Source: Schmidtea polychroa (taxonomy: Eukaryota). Taken from it: a DNA stretch of 64,000 nt. The DNA lies in assembly GCA_044892525.1 (NCBI GenBank), contig CM097887.1:37386001-37450000 (forward strand), given 5' to 3'. A program made the position numbers and the translations under genes. The notes beneath the pieces are model-generated. The model did no database searches. It worked only from the letters and a program-made list of their open reading frames with translations, and was not told the origin of the DNA. Shown here piece by piece: positions 1 to 11,749 of this stretch (its first letter is position 1; each line of letters opens with the position of its first letter).

Positions 1-1450
1 TAATGTAAAAAGATTCTCTTTGTTGTCGATAAATACCAAATTTTTGAAAATCTTTCAAATCAATGAATAAGGCAGCATAGTTTAGCAACAAGTATTAATG
101 GAAAAATTGTGTTTGATATTTTGGTTCATTTCTTTAAACAAGAATAAAATACAAAGAACTTTCTTTCGAATTTAAATTATCTAGTTAAGTTAAAGAATTG
201 TGAGAAATGTTTGAATGTATGTATGAATATCAAGTACAATTATAACGATTATCTGTTGATTCATATTTATTCGGTAAAATTAACAATAATACTATTTCAT
301 TAAATGTGAGGAAGTACATACTCTTGCGAGCAGTTTTTTTCAAGCATGAAAAACATTAAAACTACAGAAAGAAATAGGTTGACTAACAGACATTTAGCAA
401 AAATTGTTAGAAATAAGAATGCATCCTTCGATGCAAATATTGAAAACATTATTAAACTTAGTCCTAAAATACTTGGCAAAACTTTGGTCAATAGTAAGCA
501 AGTTAAAATAATTACTTATTCTTGTTTTCATATCACTAATTCATAAGAATTGGTTGATATTTCTGTAAATAATGATTTTTTGTTTCCATGACATCAGATG
601 ATCAAAATTCAAGATTGTCGGATAATTATATTATCTTAATTTGTAAAAAACGCCATATATTTTGGGAATGAATTTCTATTTTCAACATGAGATAAATAGA
701 ATATTTATTTTGATATTTGAGAAATTATGAAATTTATGTAAAACTGTTTTTTTTTATTTATCAGTAAAATTGAGATTTGTTTATAATTCATTAATTTTGA
801 ATATTTAATATTTATAGGATGATAATGTTATAAGAGATATAAATATATACACATCGGTTGAATATAAACAATTATCTGGTGGAATTTAGACAATTATGCC
901 TGTCTCAAATAGACCGGACAATAACATAACAAACAAATATTCGATTTCAAAATGAATATAGTTTCAGATCGGATTGAAAGAAATTTAAGTAAAAAATTAA
1001 AATTTTATCTATTTTTCAATATTATTTTAAATTATTATAAAAATTTTAAATAATTTAAATTAATATAGAAAAATCATTAGGATTTAAAAATAAAAATAGA
1101 AACATTTTTTAAAATATTTTAATATAGCATTTATTAAAATAGGTTTCTATGAACTAATTATAGAAGCTTTAAAAATTTTAAATTTTTTCTAAATTAGTCA
1201 CTTTGAATTTTAAGGATATTTAATTAAAAAAAACTTTTATTTTATTATTTTTAAACAATGAGAAGTAAGGAAATGGAAATAAAAGAGAATATCAAAGAGC
1301 ATTTTATAAAATAGAAGAAGCTAAACTCCATGAAATTGACAAGGCCTTTCTTATAGTCGAAAATGTTTTCATTTGTATTAAATATATTATTCGTAGCAAA
1401 AGACGTAAATTATCACTTAATTGTTTATAAATTTAATTAATGCTGCTACC

Positions 1451-1791
1451 NNNNNNNNNNNNNNNNNNNNNNNNNNNNNNNNNNNNNNNNNNNNNNNNNN
1501 NNNNNNNNNNNNNNNNNNNNNNNNNNNNNNNNNNNNNNNNNNNNNNNNNNNNNNNNNNNNNNNNNNNNNNNNNNNNNNNNNNNNNNNNNNNNNNNNNNNN
1601 NNNNNNNNNNNNNNNNNNNNNNNNNNNNNNNNNNNNNNNNNNNNNNNNNNNNNNNNNNNNNNNNNNNNNNNNNNNNNNNNNNNNNNNNNNNNNNNNNNNN
1701 NNNNNNNNNNNNNNNNNNNNNNNNNNNNNNNNNNNNNNNNNNNNNNNNNNNNNNNNNNNNNNNNNNNNNNNNNNNNNNNNNNNNNNNNNNN
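1451..1791. other. Assembly gap (N run)
   Basis: Run of N. The other gaps are at 3642-3770, 5157-5752, 11123-11626 and 56589-56744. ORFs that cross these gaps are artefacts of translating N. Confidence 1.
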
Positions 1792-2119
1792 TGTATAAAT
1801 TTATGATTTATATAACTTTAAAATTTATATACTGTTATTTTGAGTTTTATAGTAAATTAAATAGCGAATTCTGGCAAAAAATTTTATTTTGATTTATTTT
1901 ATTTATTTCAACCAATGAGAAGAAAATTAAAATAAAAAAGCATTTGAAAATTGAAACTAAATATCAAAAATTTAATATAGATTATTTTTATGTTCGAAAA
2001 TTATTTCATTTTATTGACTATATACTTTGCAGCAAAAGGTTTAAATTATCATTTAATTGTTTAACAAATAATAGTAATAATGATAATAATTAAGATATAA
2101 AAAATAAATAAATATATGA

Positions 2120-2202
<83 letters not shown>
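2120..2202. repeat. (ATT)n microsatellite, about 27 units
   Basis: Uninterrupted ttattattatt run. Confidence 0.95.
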
Positions 2203-2203
<1 letters not shown>

Positions 2204-2308
2204 AAATGATATCTTGGTAGCAGCATTGATTAAATGTTAAAATTAATAAGCTATAAATGACAATAATAAAAATAATAATGTATATATTGGGAAATAATAA
2301 AGACTTAC

Positions 2309-2554
2309 TTTCAAATACCTTTGAATATAAAGAGTCAAATCTTCTTCTGATTTAATAATTCCACTGTTCATTGTTGACTTTAATGCCATGACCTCAAAAG
2401 AAACTACTAAATTAGAAATATGGGAAAATAGTTCTGTTGATGAGTTTCGACGTATTTCTTTGGAATCGCAAAATTCTTCTCTATAATCATTTGATGGTGT
2501 AACAATATAACTTTTTTGAATTTTCACATCTTTCCAAAATATTTCCACGTTCAT
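2309..2554 (-). CDS. Probable internal coding exon of an unidentified gene (82 codons, phase 0/0)
   Basis: Open frame MNVEIFWKDV...YIQRYLK, preceded directly by a ttcttag acceptor and followed by a gtaagt donor at 2308. Length is 246 nt, a multiple of 3. No family recognised. Confidence 0.4.
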
Positions 2555-3302
2555 CTAAGAACGTTTATTAATCAAATGACTATAAATCAAATTCAATTGA
2601 GAGTTTACACTAAGTTTCAGCATTGAAATCAATCTACCATCATATGAAAATGAGGAGAAAAGAAAATTAAATTAATCAAGAAATGGTATAGAATATAAAA
2701 GATTTTACCAAAAATAATTTAAAGGCTTTGTCGGATATTTGAGTTTTTTTATTTAATAAATAGAAATATTTTATAGCATTTTTAACGCAGCGCGAACACA
2801 GTGCCATTTTCTTTGAAAGTAGTGTAAGTCAAAAAGTCATTTTTGTCAAAAAGTTAGTTAATATTAACAATGAATGCAATCTGCTATGACATTTTATCTT
2901 AAATTTAATTTAGCACCTAAAGGGTAAAAGAAATTATACCAATGACTAGAAACAAAAAAAAAGAATATTGGAATCAGATTCTGATGAAAATACTATATTT
3001 AAATAAAAATGTTAAAAGAAAGAGAATCATACGATAAAGTTCGAGTTCAGGTGAAAGTGCTATTTCAGATGACTATGAGTCAGATTCTACAAGACAATAA
3101 TAATGTAAATACGCAAAGGAACAGAAAAATAAAGCACAATAAAAACACAAAGAAAATTTGCATATAAATATTATTTGGTTTGCAAAAACAATTTTATAAA
3201 TACCTTTAAAGTATTTATAGGTCTAAAAATAGATCGAAATTTTAAAATCTAAAGATAATGTATTGTGTATACGTTGGCACATGCCAGGACCCTCAAGAAA
3301 AC

Positions 3303-3500
3303 CCTCAGATCTCCAAATAAAATTTATAAAAGACCACATCCAAAGCTTTCTGGAATACTAGACCCGGTCGCATAATCCTAAATGAAGATATTTAGAGCCT
3401 GAGTTGAACGTCAAGAAAATGCATGAATTATATTTACAAAATTGTAAAGAAAGTACTATTTATACAGTAAAAAGTTATATATAGGAGCATATATATAATG
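3303..3500 (+). mobile_element. Degenerate DNA-transposase fragment (Sola-like / unclassified)
   Basis: Reads IKDHIQSFLEY*TRSHNPK*RYLEPELNVKKMHELY, matching the HIxSFPxxxSHYxRxxxxxxYLxxxLNIxKMYxLY motif of invertebrate transposases. Three in-frame stops. The superfamily assignment is from memory. Confidence 0.45.
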
Positions 3501-3911
3501 TAGCAATGCTGAATTTGCAAGCATCGTAGAAAAACATGATGTTCACTTAATAAACTCTAAATTACCAATTGAAAATGGCTAACTTATAGTCGAAAATTTT
3601 TTGATTTTTCAAAATATATTATTTACAGCAAAAGGCTTAAANNNNNNNNNNNNNNNNNNNNNNNNNNNNNNNNNNNNNNNNNNNNNNNNNNNNNNNNNNN
3701 NNNNNNNNNNNNNNNNNNNNNNNNNNNNNNNNNNNNNNNNNNNNNNNNNNNNNNNNNNNNNNNNNNNNNNGTCCGCAGAGGTGATTATGATTTTTCATAC
3801 GCCATGTTTACAAGTTTACAGATTTTTTTCTGTGACCAAGCTATTTTTCAAGCGATGTGATTTCCAGTGTACCGGGGAAAGTATGCAATAGAGTTGAATC
3901 AACAATATTGT

Positions 3912-3945
3912 ATACTTACCTGGCGCGAAGAGAAATCTTCGTGTC
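3912..3945 (+). ncRNA. U1 snRNA-like 5' end (ATACTTACCTGG) running into a 10-bp GAAA-tetraloop hairpin
   Basis: ATACTTACCTGG at 3912-3923 equals the conserved U1 5' end. G3922-A3931 pairs with T3936-C3945 (two G-U pairs) around a GAAA loop. It is not a complete U1, and the 12-mer could instead be a minus-strand splice donor (CCAG/GTAAGTAT). Confidence 0.4.
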
Positions 3946-3946
3946 T

Positions 3947-3997
3947 CCCGCATAGTACTGATGAGAGCCAAAAGCTCGAAACTAGTCTACTATTGGG
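3947..3997 (+). ncRNA. Minimal type-I hammerhead ribozyme with palindromic helix III (dimer type)
   Basis: Stem I ATAGTA(3952-57)/TACTAT(3988-93), extended by CCCG/TGGG. Core CTGATGA 3958-64. Stem II GAGC/GCTC with a 5-nt loop. GAAA 3978-81. Palindrome ACTAGT 3981-86 in place of helix III. GTC cleavage triplet ending at 3987. Confidence 0.85.
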
Positions 3998-4335
3998 ATT
4001 TGCACTGGGTATCACAAAGCTTGTACTGTTTATTTTATTATTATTATTAATATTATTATTATTACTAATTTTGATTTTCACCTCTGATTTCTTTTCATAT
4101 TCAATTGAAATTATATTGAAATTTATTTTTTCATTATTTTTTCCAAAATCAATAGGTAATGATCAAAATTAATTGAAAAACCGTGCCGAAAATATAATGT
4201 CAATAATTATTCTTATTATTAAAAGTTTTTCGATGTATATTATTAACCAAACGTTAACGAACGTATTAAATAGTTTAACTCAAAGAATGGATTCATTAGT
4301 GTTAATTTTAAATCTATCGCATCCGGCTCGATATT

Positions 4336-4626
4336 CCCAAAGTTGACAGAGGTTACATGACTCAAATTATGTTGGAGATATTTAATGCACCAATGACTTA
4401 TGTTGCAATTCAAGCAGTTCTTTCTTTGTACGCTTCAGGTCGTACCTCGGGTATCGTTCTGGACTTTAGTGATCATATATCTCCTACTATAGCAACTCAT
4501 GAAAATTGCATGTTACCTCATGCTATTTGTAGCATTGATTTAGCCGGAAGAGACTTAAGTGATGGTATTCATGATGCGATTTATAACAGCATAATAAAAT
4601 GCGATGTAGATTTTCGTAAAGATATA
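4336..4626 (+). pseudogene. Actin fragment with an in-frame internal deletion of about 85 codons
   Basis: [45 protein letters not shown] is joined directly to [20 protein letters not shown] (actin [20 protein letters not shown]) at 4563/4564. No introns; no actin N- or C-terminus. Confidence 0.85.
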
Positions 4627-5107
4627 GTCACAAGTATCGTGAGAGAAAGTTGAAAATTACTTTGAAGAGAGAGTTAATAGTACGTGAAATCGCATAGAGG
4701 TAAAAGATTGGAGCCGCAGCTGATGTATGGGATTCAGTTGATTGTGTGTCATCTTGTCAATGGTAAAGTTTCAAGGATTCATTGTTGATGAGCTCGTGAT
4801 ATGCGATCGATGCACTTTAGATGCATCAAAACCGCGACCAATAGAGCTGTTTCTTTGTCGTGTTGATAAAAGTGACCAGTTATTCAAAATCGGTTCTATA
4901 GTTCGATGCACGGTTAAACATAGTGTATTGGTGATTGCAATTTTTAATTTTAATGATTGTCAATGCCGATTGTTTGATGGTTAGCTTGAAACGAGATGGC
5001 TGTTGAATGGTTGGTGTAGCTGATTGTTAAAGGATCTAAATCTAAATTCTGCAGTATATATGTAGGTTACCTGCTCGTCCCGTTTTGAAACACGGACCAA
5101 TGAGTTT
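4624..5107 (+). rRNA. 28S (LSU) rRNA fragment spanning the D2 expansion segment; decayed, non-functional copy
   Basis: The 5' flank atagtcacaagtatcgtgagagaaagttgaaaattactttgaagagagagttaatagtacgtgaaa and the 3' flank cccgttttgaaacacggaccaatgagt match the conserved LSU blocks around D2. Several normally invariant positions have changed to A/T, and there is no other rDNA context. Confidence 0.85.
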
Positions 5108-5752
5108 TAAAATATCGTGATTCGACAATGTATCCAGATCGTATGAATAAAGAAATNNNNNNNNNNNNNNNNNNNNNNNNNNNNNNNNNNNNNNNNNNNN
5201 NNNNNNNNNNNNNNNNNNNNNNNNNNNNNNNNNNNNNNNNNNNNNNNNNNNNNNNNNNNNNNNNNNNNNNNNNNNNNNNNNNNNNNNNNNNNNNNNNNNN
5301 NNNNNNNNNNNNNNNNNNNNNNNNNNNNNNNNNNNNNNNNNNNNNNNNNNNNNNNNNNNNNNNNNNNNNNNNNNNNNNNNNNNNNNNNNNNNNNNNNNNN
5401 NNNNNNNNNNNNNNNNNNNNNNNNNNNNNNNNNNNNNNNNNNNNNNNNNNNNNNNNNNNNNNNNNNNNNNNNNNNNNNNNNNNNNNNNNNNNNNNNNNNN
5501 NNNNNNNNNNNNNNNNNNNNNNNNNNNNNNNNNNNNNNNNNNNNNNNNNNNNNNNNNNNNNNNNNNNNNNNNNNNNNNNNNNNNNNNNNNNNNNNNNNNN
5601 NNNNNNNNNNNNNNNNNNNNNNNNNNNNNNNNNNNNNNNNNNNNNNNNNNNNNNNNNNNNNNNNNNNNNNNNNNNNNNNNNNNNNNNNNNNNNNNNNNNN
5701 NNNNNNNNNNNNNNNNNNNNNNNNNNNNNNNNNNNNNNNNNNNNNNNNNNNN

Positions 5753-8570
5753 AAATTACTTTGTTCCGAGTGAAATTCATTAGCGATAGGACAAGATTCA
5801 GTCGGTCGTCCAAATAATAATTTATTAAACTCAATCCGGTCAGTATTTGACAATTGAATAAGCATATTGACTCTCGATATGTATTAGATAAAGACAGATT
5901 CTCGTTCTGTACAACGACAGTATCATCGACATCACTTTTTTCAGAAATATTATCATTGGAATCATCATTTGAAATATGATTCGACCAATATTGAACAATA
6001 AGTTTCAACTGTCCACTCCATAATAATTCAAGATTTTCCGGATCACTTAGCGAAAATCTTTCCAACAACTCTTGATTAAATTCCTCATTAGTCGTATCAA
6101 TCCGATATTTAACAATAGCATCAGTCGGTAGACTAGGATTATCGGAATTTAAATTGATAGAATCCTTTAAACTGTTTATCGATTTGATAGGAAGAAACTT
6201 CTCCAAACTATTACTCGAAATAGATAACAGTTTATGAGTAGAACTTTTGCGATTGCTAAATTCTTGATCGGCAAATCGAGAAATGAGAGTTTTCGATGAA
6301 ATATTCAACTCTAATTCGTCAATAATGCAAACAATTTCATCGATGTCGAGTTCTTTACTTTCATTGGATAGGAATAATGCAAATTCCAGAACTTCATTTA
6401 GATAAAGGTCAATTTTGGAGCAGAATACTGTATTTGATGGAAATTTATAGGAATTGAAATTTTTGTGTACTTCGCTTAAGGATGACATAATTCGTAATTG
6501 TGGCATCATGGGATAAAGTTTGATTTCTGGAATCGATGTTGATTGAAAAATGAAATCAGTAACAAGTCTATGAGGCTGGAATATTATGTTTGCAATCGAT
6601 GTGATAGAATACGAAATATTTGTGATATTATAATTGCCTAAAGAAATATGTTGAGGATTTGGAACAATAACAAAGTGACAGTTAATATTTTTATCTTGAG
6701 CTGGCAAATAGTGAACAGAGGAGCCTTCAGACGGTAACCAGACTTGAGACCCAGTTGTTGTGTTGGTTAATAGAAAGGCCACATTTGATAAATGAAGAGA
6801 AAGATTGATTAGGTTATCAAAGATAAGAACAATTTCGCATTCTTCGCCACATATCCATATCACAGGTTCAGGACATTGGCCTCGACTAAAGTTTGAATTA
6901 ACCTTGATTGGTGTAAATATGAAAACAGATTTTTCAATACACGATTTCGATGGTCGTTTTGGAATCAGATAATCTGGCAGCTTTCTAAGAATGATTTGCT
7001 TCAACCTTGGCAGATTCATAACTGAGGCATTTAAAGCCATTTGGTTGTCTTTACTCAACATCAACTTGGAAAAATTATTAAGCTCTCTGATCATTCTTTC
7101 ATATTCATCTCTGGCAATCAAATGATACCAATTGTCGAGAATTGACAATCCAAGCCCCAACAAAACATTTGTCGAATAATTCAAGAATTTACACACTGAA
7201 TAGAGTTCAATGATAATTTGCATTTTCAACGATTGGAAGCCATGATTAGATCTTTCACTATTCAAACCATCATTGATCAAACTCAACAAATTACCGCTAA
7301 CTTTCTCATTGAATAAATCATTGGATTTCACATTTAAATCATTCAGAATGTCTATCAATACAGAGAATCTTTGTTCGTAAATCAATTTCCTATCGGGATT
7401 TTTGACAGCACTCAGTTTATTGTGCATCAATAACGATTTCTTGTATTTATGGAGTGCGGATTTCCTAAAAAATCCCATTTGAGAATAGAGTTGTGCAAGA
7501 GTGTTGTGATATTGCTCTTTGTCGTTTTGGGTTTTCAACAAGTCGTTTTTGATCATTTTCAGAAAATTAGCAGCATCTAAGAATCGATGCTGATCAATAA
7601 AAAATCGGCTGGCTTTGATAATGGAATCGAAATTGATTGGATAATGATTTTGGATTTTATTGATTAGGAATTTTTTGTATCGAGATATGCATAGATGATA
7701 TTTCTCGCTGAGCTCAGTCAGATTTTGAATTTCAGGAGGATTTTTAAACAAGTCATTCGATGAGAATTTCATCAAGAAAGAAAAATCAGTCTGATCTGGA
7801 GAATTCACGTTGTTATGATTAGAGAAAAACGATTGATCGGTTTTTGGTTGACCGAGAAATAACTGACGGCTTTGATCATTCAAAGAAATTACTAATTGTG
7901 GATCTAATGCCTGGGTAGGGTTTGGGAAACAATACAAAATCCAAGAACAACACAATCCTTCTTCTGCTCCTGCCCACCACAATTGGTCTTTGACTTTACT
8001 TAGATAACATATTGCCACCTGATAATAGTAATAGGCATATAAATAATTCCCACATAACAACGATTGGTCAGCCGTTTGTTTATTCACTCTACCCAAATAC
8101 AATCTCGATTTATTATTTTTAATAAATCGACTTTCTTCTTGTAATTTCTTCAAATCCAAATCAATCGGATCTGTCAAATTGAACTCTGTCTCGTCAAGTG
8201 ACACTACAGAGCCAGAATCAGAAAAGGCTTCATTATTCAATTGTTTATTTCGAGTTTGTTCTAATTTATTGTTGAAAAATGCTTCTCGACTATTTAATGA
8301 GTAGAGAACTTTTTCAAAGATTGATTTCAAAAAACTTCGAATTTCTGAATCAAAAGATTTATCCTCCAATGAGGATGTTTCAAATGATTTCAGTGAATTA
8401 TCAACTGGCGGTGACAACTGGGTTGGATTTTCGGAAGAAAGTGAATTTATTTTCCAGTTATTTGATACAGACGAGCAAGAAGAACCATTTAATGAAATAG
8501 TCGAATTTATTCTCGAAAAGCTAATTGTAGACCGGTAATGCCAAATTAATTCATTTTGAAAAAAGCAGTC
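5753..8570 (-). CDS. TRAPPC9: Trafficking protein particle complex subunit 9 (NIBP/Trs120), long exon; C-terminus runs into the gap at 5157-5752
   Basis: LGRVNKQTADQSLLCG, DQLWWAGAEEGLC, LYSQMGFFRKSALH, SVFIFTP and VIWICGEECEIVLIFDN match TRAPPC9. The frame is open upstream of the called start, to 8570 (DCFFQNELIWHYRSTISFSR) behind an AG acceptor. The most 5' exon(s) were not located. Confidence 0.85.
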
Positions 8571-9379
8571 CTAAACAGTACATATACGTTACACTATATT
8601 ACTGGGCAATGAATTAGTGCTAATTATTTCTTGTTTATTATTTTCACTCTTTTATACTTTTTATTTAAGCTCTTCTAAAGAGTATCGGTAAAATCTATTC
8701 ATTAAACAGAGAATATTAGATTTTTTACTATTGTAATCATTGTTATCAGTTGTTATCTGTAGCCGAATTTGTGTGATGTCAATTCATTCAACTCAATGTT
8801 TTATACACACAGAAGAAATTACACAAAAAGATAAAATTCATTGTGAGCTTATTTCAAGAGTTTTTTCAAGATGTCTAAAAATCCCTTTAACTGTATTAGT
8901 GGTTTTCTAATTGTTTTTACCGACAGTTGAATTGCCTTATTTTCATTTCAAAAAAAATGCTAACTATAATTTTTTTAGAAAATGCGAGGCAAATCCATGA
9001 AGCTTTTCATTTTCTTTATATATCTTTAATAGACATTATTGGATAATAAATTTAGGTTATCTATAAATACAAAATATACAAAAGTTGGCAGAATTTATTG
9101 AAACGCAAATCTTCATAACAAAAAATTGCCTTATCCTCACTTTCACAGAAATCAACTTAATTATACTCAACCTTCTTAAAGAAAAAATAGTAAGTGTTTT
9201 GTGAATAAATATTTTCAACTCATTCAATCAGAAACTACAAGCATTTTTATCCATAGATTCTAACATGTAATATATTATTAATCGTTAGTTAATCAATATT
9301 TCATTTATAAATAAAATTAGAAACAACGTATTCATAGTTTAGAGTAAAATAAACTTGTCAAAAGCGTTTCACTCATCCT

Positions 9380-10070
9380 TTTTAGCACTGTGATCCTGAA
9401 ACTCTTCAATGTCATTCATAGATTCCTGCTTCATGAACCCATTCTTAATATATTCCGGATTGATCTCATTTTATGCCTTTCAATCCACCAAAAAACTTCT
9501 TTATTTTTGGTGCATGTATGTTTTCTTTCGGCCATCCATTTCTCCCAGAGGTTTCTAACCTTTGATTTAAATTACCTATTTATAGTTAAATCTAGTGGCT
9601 GTAGTGCTTTAGTCAGTCCCCATGTATAACCACACTATTAGGAAGTATTTACTACTCTTTTTCTATCTTTTGTTAAATGAGAAGGTGCAGAATCATAAAT
9701 CAATACTTTGTGATTTTCCTATGGGAAGTTGCCTCTTGGTATCGTTTTTCTATTGTAAATAACCATTGGATTGCACTTATCACCATTTGTAATAACACTT
9801 AAAACCATCATAAAGTTATACTTTTCCCTATTTTCTTCTCTTAAGCTACCATTATTCTTATGATCGAAACACTCTGTTTAGCCGCGCGCAACACCTCAAT
9901 CCTTAAGGTTTCTTTCAAGTACTGATCCAAACTGTTTTCTTGATATTATTTCAAACACTTATTTTACTCTTTTCCATTTTCTAACACCGCTTTCTTTAAC
10001 TTTCCATGTTCTACAAACTTCACGATTACCATGGTGGATAAATTAACGTTTACATGTGTGCTTTATTTAT
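9380..10070 (-). mobile_element. Degenerate pogo-family (DDE_1) transposase relic
   Basis: REKYNFMMVLSVITNGDKCNPMVIYNRKTIP and GLTKALQPLDLTINR*FKSKVRNLWEKWM match POGK-type DDE_1 motifs. Contains stops and frameshifts. Confidence 0.7.
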
Positions 10071-11749
10071 ATGGGTGTGGTATATATTTGAAAAATTATG
10101 GTAAAAACGATTAATGTCATTATCTGGTAGAAAATCGGGATAAAAGGTTTGTAACTTCTATTTAAGAGAATATATTTACTTGGACTTAAAATTACCTTAC
10201 ATTTACGTCTTAATACTATCTTAATTGAGTCACAAGGCACGTGTGAATATTGTAGATCTATTTAAAAAGAACAATAGTGAAGTAATAAATCAATTAATCT
10301 TTTCACTTTCATTCGAGTGACAAAAGTTTTAACGAGGAAATAATCTAGAAGCTTCAAGAAATGGATATCAGGAGAATAAACAGGATAAAATAAGGTATCA
10401 GAAATTACGTATACGATGACCCCAAAATTAGTGCGAGAGTATAAAAATGTTATCGAGTCAAATGATCTGTGGGAATAATATGAAACCATTACCTTTAAAA
10501 ATCTGAATTTAGAATAGAAAATAATGAAGTAAATGTATTCTAGTATCAGTAGTTAATTCTAATTAATATTCTAAATAGTTCTGTGTGAAAACTGAATGAA
10601 AACTGTAATATAATAATATAATCACTTGCTAATTGTGTTCAATAGCAATACAACAGCTTACCATTTATAATGGTCAAATGTGACACTGGTGATGATTACA
10701 TTTGATCATTAAATGTTATATTTTTCCTTTATTTGATGAAAATTTTAACATTTTTCTAAAGACATTTTGGAAAATGACCAGAAGAAATGGACAACAGAAG
10801 ATTATTTGTGTAAAAAGTAAATATAATTTATAGAGTTTAAATGGAAAGCAACTCAAATGTAGTTTATCCAGAATCCGTTAAGTTAAGAAAGGTTTATATG
10901 GAAAATGGAGAAGATGACATAATTCGAAAGGTTATTGAGAAAAATCTAAACACTATTGTCAAACCTTAAATTAGAAAAGAATAACTGATTTCCGTCATTT
11001 TCATGTAACTAAAACTGATAAATGAGTCACACAAGACTCGCCAGATGAGCACATAATGACATATGTACTATATAATGTTAATATGGACAAATATTATTAT
11101 TATTATCATTATTTTATATTTANNNNNNNNNNNNNNNNNNNNNNNNNNNNNNNNNNNNNNNNNNNNNNNNNNNNNNNNNNNNNNNNNNNNNNNNNNNNNN
11201 NNNNNNNNNNNNNNNNNNNNNNNNNNNNNNNNNNNNNNNNNNNNNNNNNNNNNNNNNNNNNNNNNNNNNNNNNNNNNNNNNNNNNNNNNNNNNNNNNNNN
11301 NNNNNNNNNNNNNNNNNNNNNNNNNNNNNNNNNNNNNNNNNNNNNNNNNNNNNNNNNNNNNNNNNNNNNNNNNNNNNNNNNNNNNNNNNNNNNNNNNNNN
11401 NNNNNNNNNNNNNNNNNNNNNNNNNNNNNNNNNNNNNNNNNNNNNNNNNNNNNNNNNNNNNNNNNNNNNNNNNNNNNNNNNNNNNNNNNNNNNNNNNNNN
11501 NNNNNNNNNNNNNNNNNNNNNNNNNNNNNNNNNNNNNNNNNNNNNNNNNNNNNNNNNNNNNNNNNNNNNNNNNNNNNNNNNNNNNNNNNNNNNNNNNNNN
11601 NNNNNNNNNNNNNNNNNNNNNNNNNNAATTAAATTTTTACAAAATTTATATTAAAATATGTTTAATTTTGAAAATAGAATAAAATCATATTTTCTAATAA
11701 ATTATCGGCACTCAATTATTTTCAGTAAGAAATTACGATAAAAAGTTAA

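Noticed and set aside
1421-1892. ORFs of 125-250 aa crossing N runs (also near 3601, 5107, 5128, 11056, 11063, 56555, 56561)
   Set aside because: They are open only because N translates as X.
4624-5107. Functional rDNA unit
   Set aside because: Only the D2 region is present, invariant bases are mutated, and there is no 18S/5.8S/ITS context.
10898-10970. MENGED shared with the Tc1 ORF at 39624
   Set aside because: Similarity does not extend beyond six codons; treated as chance.
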